A stretch of DNA of 64,000 nucleotides from a virus (lineage: Duplodnaviria > Caudoviricetes): positions 32,001 to 96,000 of IMG/VR virus record IMGVR_UViG_3300014641_000001; one strand, written 5' to 3'. Under the pieces are notes generated by a model. It worked only from the letters and a program-made list of their open reading frames with translations. It did not search any database and was not told the DNA's origin. Below are positions 60,059-64,000 of this stretch, piece after piece. Each line of letters opens with the position of its first letter. The first letter of the stretch is position 1. Both the position numbers and the translations under genes were made by a program.

Positions 60059-60208
60059 CTATCTAATCCATTCTCTTCTTTCATAATTGTAGTCTGGATC
60101 ATATTCAAATGTTTCGCTGTCAAAATCATTATCTGACATGTAATCATCATGATATCCTAATGCATCTCTTGTGTAGTAATCGTCTAAAAGATCATCAATA
60201 GCGCTTAT
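60059..60208 (-). CDS. small acidic protein (probable ATA start), 49 aa
   Basis: SD GAGGAGGTG; ISAIDDLLDDYY...REWIR*. Confidence 0.45.
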   Translation of the reverse strand: MSAIDDLLDDYYTRDALGYHDDYMSDNDFDSETFEYDPDYNYERREWIR

Positions 60209-60247
60209 CGTTAACCACCTCCTCATATCCAATTGAAACAGGAATTT

Positions 60248-60805
60248 TCACGGTATATCTTCAACCCAGACATCTCTTGTATAAGTAATTACTTTCTTTT
60301 CAAGATGTTCTTCCTCACCACACCAGTTACATCTTCTATGCTCTGGATCAATGTATGTAAATCTTTCCTCATCATCACTAATCCAGACCCCATGCCCGTA
60401 AATGCAGCGACCAATCTCAATGTATTTCTCATAAAACTCCTTCGTTACATCAACAAAATTTGAATTAGCATTGCACATGTAACAGAATGTTGTTTGTGAG
60501 CACTGGCCTCCCACAATTAAGCTATTGATACACTTGCCAGTAATACAATTGGAACCCAACCCGTCCGGTTCACCGAAATACAGATTTCTTAAATCCATAT
60601 TATTTACATCAAATTTTACCTTGACATAGTTTTCAGAATCGCTATCATATTTTGATTCGTCAAAATAAACCTTTCTGTAATATGGGTTATTTTTGAGATA
60701 CTTGTAAATTGCCTTACTGTACTTGTCTGACTTCTTGATATTCTTTGGTTTAATAGAAGCCAGATCAATTACATAATCAACTTTTGCTCTTTTAACATCT
60801 ACCAC
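60248..60805 (-). CDS. hypothetical protein
   Basis: SD GAGGAGG; Cys/His motifs. Confidence 0.7.
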   Translation of the reverse strand: MVDVKRAKVDYVIDLASIKPKNIKKSDKYSKAIYKYLKNNPYYRKVYFDESKYDSDSENYVKVKFDVNNMDLRNLYFGEPDGLGSNCITGKCINSLIVGGQCSQTTFCYMCNANSNFVDVTKEFYEKYIEIGRCIYGHGVWISDDEERFTYIDPEHRRCNWCGEEEHLEKKVITYTRDVWVEDIP

Positions 60806-60843
60806 TCTGAGCCTCCTCTCATTTAATCATTCTCCTTTTATTT

Positions 60844-61569
60844 TTACAGTTTCTCAAATGTTAAATCTGGACTTTTCACTACTTTGTAAATTTCTTTTAT
60901 ATACGATCTGTAATCATCTAAGGCTTTCTGATTTGTAATCTCGTAATCCAAATCACATTCCATGCAACACACTTCTATGCAATAAAAACCCTGCTCATAT
61001 AATTTATCAAGTTCTTCTTCCAGCTCATCTGTTAAGGAGTTACCCATTCCCTCTAGCTGAAACACTCTTTTGTACTTCTCCAAATCGCTTTCAGAAATTG
61101 TGATGCCTGGATCACCACAATCCTTGCATCTGAAACTGTATTTCTTTTCTGCGACGCCAATAGATTTCAAAAGCTCTAAGTCTTGAATAGACAATTTATA
61201 TTCGAGCCTATCAAGGTTATCCCAACTCATATAATATCTGCCATTCATATAAGCAGCCTTGTCCAATCTTAATTTCTCTTCATCTGAAATATTTAATGTG
61301 TCAATTTCAGGATAATATGTAGGTTTCAATAACTGTGGATACTTTTGAATTTTCTTACTTTTTACAATGGCAGATAATGTGTCTCTCTGAGTATCACTTA
61401 TCAAATACTGAACCTGGGTAAATACGCCTTTTACTGTTTCGTAGTCATAATTGTTTAATGCATTGAGATCTAAATCATCGATCGCGTCTTTTAATTTATT
61501 TCCGACAGCCTCCAACTTAATCTTCAAATTCTCTTTTTCCTCAATAAGTTTTAAAACATCTTGAATCAT
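60844..61569 (-). CDS. hypothetical Zn-binding protein
   Basis: CKDC, CMEC; SD GGAGGTG. Confidence 0.7.
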   Translation of the reverse strand: MIQDVLKLIEEKENLKIKLEAVGNKLKDAIDDLDLNALNNYDYETVKGVFTQVQYLISDTQRDTLSAIVKSKKIQKYPQLLKPTYYPEIDTLNISDEEKLRLDKAAYMNGRYYMSWDNLDRLEYKLSIQDLELLKSIGVAEKKYSFRCKDCGDPGITISESDLEKYKRVFQLEGMGNSLTDELEEELDKLYEQGFYCIEVCCMECDLDYEITNQKALDDYRSYIKEIYKVVKSPDLTFEKL

Positions 61570-61626
61570 TATTATTTCACCTCCTCTTATATATTCTCTC
61601 TTGAAATCGAAGTTTCCTCGCCTTAT

Positions 61627-62172
61627 TTAAAGAAGCTCAATTTTACACACGGTATACCCAGTGTCCTTTAAATATTGAGCAAAATCCGAATCTGAACGTG
61701 CTAATCTTTTAATGAGTGAATCAAGCGACTCCCTTTGAGTATCGTCGTTGATTGTACAGTTATCAGTTTTTACAGACGAACCCACTAAGTTATTCTTCTT
61801 ACCAATCTCCAAAAGTCCTTTAATTTCTTCATTCCTCTTATCACATTCCTTTTGTGCTTCACTCTTTGTAAAATGCAAATACATATCAGCTTCATTATAA
61901 AAGTCATAATAACTTGTCCAATACCTTAACCCGTTCTTATAAGAAGTCTGGGCACCTTTGTAAAAGTTATCGCTAGAACTCCTATTAATCTTCTCCACTG
62001 TCACTGTTTTAGGAGCAACCTTCCATACCTTAATTGTTTTGCTATGTACCCCCTTACCTCCACACTTAGAACATGTGCAATCAATAATTCCTTTCTCCAA
62101 ACACCTTTCGCACGGAACTTTAATTTTCATTTCTTCCTCTCGAATCCTATACATTTCAATTGGAAATTCCAT
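61627..62172 (-). CDS. hypothetical protein with DnaJ-type CxxCxGxG motifs
   Basis: CERCLEKG, CSKCGGKG. Confidence 0.65.
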   Translation of the reverse strand: MEFPIEMYRIREEEMKIKVPCERCLEKGIIDCTCSKCGGKGVHSKTIKVWKVAPKTVTVEKINRSSSDNFYKGAQTSYKNGLRYWTSYYDFYNEADMYLHFTKSEAQKECDKRNEEIKGLLEIGKKNNLVGSSVKTDNCTINDDTQRESLDSLIKRLARSDSDFAQYLKDTGYTVCKIELL

Positions 62173-62219
62173 TTCTATATTCTCCTTTATATTTTTTATT
62201 TACCCATAAAAGACGTGTT

Positions 62220-62411
62220 TCAAGAGATTACCTCCATATCTTCATCGGATAAGCACTCTTCCTCGATTTCGCAGTCAAAATGTAAACGCAGTAATTCTAA
62301 CCACACATGATTATCTAAATGGTGACCGGAAGTCCTGAGTTTTCCATCTACCTCAAGAATCACCCAATCGCCAGAATCACAAGTTGTCACCTTAATTTTT
62401 GTATTGGCCAT
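62220..62411 (-). CDS. hypothetical protein
   Basis: Operonic ORF. Confidence 0.55.
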   Translation of the reverse strand: MANTKIKVTTCDSGDWVILEVDGKLRTSGHHLDNHVWLELLRLHFDCEIEEECLSDEDMEVIS

Positions 62412-62414
62412 TAG

Positions 62415-62696
62415 TCACCCACTTTCCTTTTCACCTAAATATCCCAGAATACCACCAAGCCCTCTACCTCTTACAATCTGCTTTGCCATCGATATAGGAA
62501 TGTAATTCTCGCAATTGTCACCATCACATTTTAAAATACCTTTGTATTTGCCATAATCTTCGAGCTGCATAAAAACCATATCAATATTAAATGCTATTGG
62601 CTCATCCATTACTTCTTGAATATAATCAAGTTTTTCGTAGGAAGCCAAATCTTCTAAACGATTTATTAATTTATCTACATCAATTAATCTTCCTAT
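62415..62696 (-). CDS. hypothetical protein (probable ATA start)
   Basis: RLIDVDKL motif; SD AGGAGGTG. Confidence 0.6.
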   Translation of the reverse strand: MGRLIDVDKLINRLEDLASYEKLDYIQEVMDEPIAFNIDMVFMQLEDYGKYKGILKCDGDNCENYIPISMAKQIVRGRGLGGILGYLGEKESG

Positions 62697-62730
62697 GTAA
62701 ATCACCTCCTATGAAAGTCGCATTTCATTC

Positions 62731-62958
62731 TCACCCCATCTTTATATCTAGGGCCAATTTTGATAATTCCTTGTTTTTCTCTTGACTAACTATTGTCTTA
62801 ATAGTATTATAAATTTTAGTTCTACAACCTTTGCATAAATTCATCTCTACGCCAATCAGGTCACAAGGTTTACCTTCAGCAAACGTAGCTGCAATTGGAA
62901 CTTTAAAATTTCTATCGTTACATTCTGACTGACACAGATCGCAATAATTCCGTACCAA
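62731..62958 (-). CDS. hypothetical Zn-finger protein
   Basis: CDLC...LCKGC; SD AAGGAG. Confidence 0.6.
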   Translation of the reverse strand: MVRNYCDLCQSECNDRNFKVPIAATFAEGKPCDLIGVEMNLCKGCRTKIYNTIKTIVSQEKNKELSKLALDIKMG

Positions 62959-63009
62959 ATTATTCTCCTTTCTGTTCTTTTATAAAATTGATCATTCAAC
63001 GATTATTTT

Positions 63010-63216
63010 TCACTCTTTTTTGTCTCTAACAATCGTCATTCCAAACAGTCTTATTTCACTTACTTCTGGATATTTTTCAAAAATATCTTTTACCGTATTG
63101 CAAATTTGCTGACAACCTGGGCGCATGTCGTCCATCCATTTCTTAAACTTAGCGCTCATTCTCTTTAAAGATTCTTCTTTAATTTCTTCTTCCGACAAAC
63201 CGACCCTCCATTCCAA
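63010..63216 (-). CDS. hypothetical protein
   Basis: Operonic ORF; start uncertain. Confidence 0.5.
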   Translation of the reverse strand: MEWRVGLSEEEIKEESLKRMSAKFKKWMDDMRPGCQQICNTVKDIFEKYPEVSEIRLFGMTIVRDKKE

Positions 63217-63240
63217 ATGAAAACAACCTTCTATTGGATG

Positions 63241-63951
63241 TTAAGCAACGTAATTCTCATCATTACTCATTAATACCTTATAATTAATCATGGCTTCGTA
63301 TAGTCTTGGTGGAATTATATTTTTATATTCTTCGGCTATCTTAATTATGGCGTTTTCTTTGGCTGATCTATAAGCAGCAAAAGCTTCTTCTAATGTATTA
63401 AATGTTCCCAATGTCTGTGTATTATACCCTGCTCTATATTTTCCTCTACTCGTTTTCCTGATTCCAACTGGCAAACCAAGATTATTCTTTTTATATGTAA
63501 ATAATTCATTTATCCTTTGAGGAACCAAGATACAGGTATTGGGGCTATAAATTTTACTTTTAGGATCTAAAATATCCTTATCAATGTGTAATCGCTCATT
63601 CACTCGGTAATAATTGCTTGTATACCATTCAGCAAAGTTTTGATAATTCAACCACTCATCGCATACTTCACATTTCCCAAAATAAGCAGGATACATATTA
63701 CTATCTTTCTTGCTATAACACCTCCTAAGCATATGAAACCAAGTTTCGTACTCTTTATTTATAGCGTCTGCTCTACCTGTTTTGAATTTTCCGTTCCCAA
63801 TCATTCCAATTCCATATATTGTTTTATCGTAAGGGTTTTTAACTTGCCCTCTTTTAAAATTGGAATATGTAACATGTGTTTTAATGTAATGGTAGTCATC
63901 TAAAAATTCAATATCCAAATCTTCGGTGCTATTGAGTTTAACAATCTTCAT
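63241..63951 (-). CDS. HNH/AP2-type free-standing homing endonuclease-like protein
   Basis: WFHMLRRCY...VCDEWLNYQNFAEW...IDKDIL...YSPNTC; C-terminal LGTFNTLEEAFAAY (AP2-like). Confidence 0.75.
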   Translation of the reverse strand: MKIVKLNSTEDLDIEFLDDYHYIKTHVTYSNFKRGQVKNPYDKTIYGIGMIGNGKFKTGRADAINKEYETWFHMLRRCYSKKDSNMYPAYFGKCEVCDEWLNYQNFAEWYTSNYYRVNERLHIDKDILDPKSKIYSPNTCILVPQRINELFTYKKNNLGLPVGIRKTSRGKYRAGYNTQTLGTFNTLEEAFAAYRSAKENAIIKIAEEYKNIIPPRLYEAMINYKVLMSNDENYVA

Positions 63952-64000
63952 TTTTGTTCCATGATTGTTAAGTCTTATTTCTCCTATTTGCGCTATTATC

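Larger units (their letters stand above)
60234..63233. repeat. 16-bp palindrome at accessory gene junctions (cluster 2)
   Basis: Copies at 60234, 61602, 62207, 62712, 63218. Confidence 0.8.

Overview
This window is 64 kb of a large, AT-rich temperate siphophage with SPbeta-like organisation, probably from a Clostridia/Lachnospiraceae host (inferred from the cell-wall-binding repeats and gene families). The left arm (+ strand) holds an IS200/IS605 tnpB, small genes and the tail module: tape measure, distal tail, tail hub and a BppU/SGNH receptor-binding protein. An apparently intact attP with a tyrosine integrase and excisionase lies at ~24.3-26.1 kb. The right arm (- strand) holds nucleotide metabolism genes (dut, nrdDG, NrdH-like, Gmk-like, ThyX-like), many small accessory genes, two DNA methyltransferases, LigA, and a full replication block (RecD2, DnaE, RecJ-like, primase, DnaB, AAA ATPase, SSB). 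Two observations stand out. (1) The tape measure gene can be rebuilt as three exons (3781-5153, 7245-7434, 10519-15333; 2125 aa) split by two group I introns. The second intron is ~3.1 kb and has no recognisable homing endonuclease. It carries five cargo genes and internal terminators, and its guide sequence pairs 18/20 with the distant 3' exon. (2) About 24 copies of a 16-bp palindrome, T(G/A)AAA-N6-TTT(C/T)A, mark the junctions between accessory genes like a cassette array. All calls were made by eye; no searches or folding programs were run.
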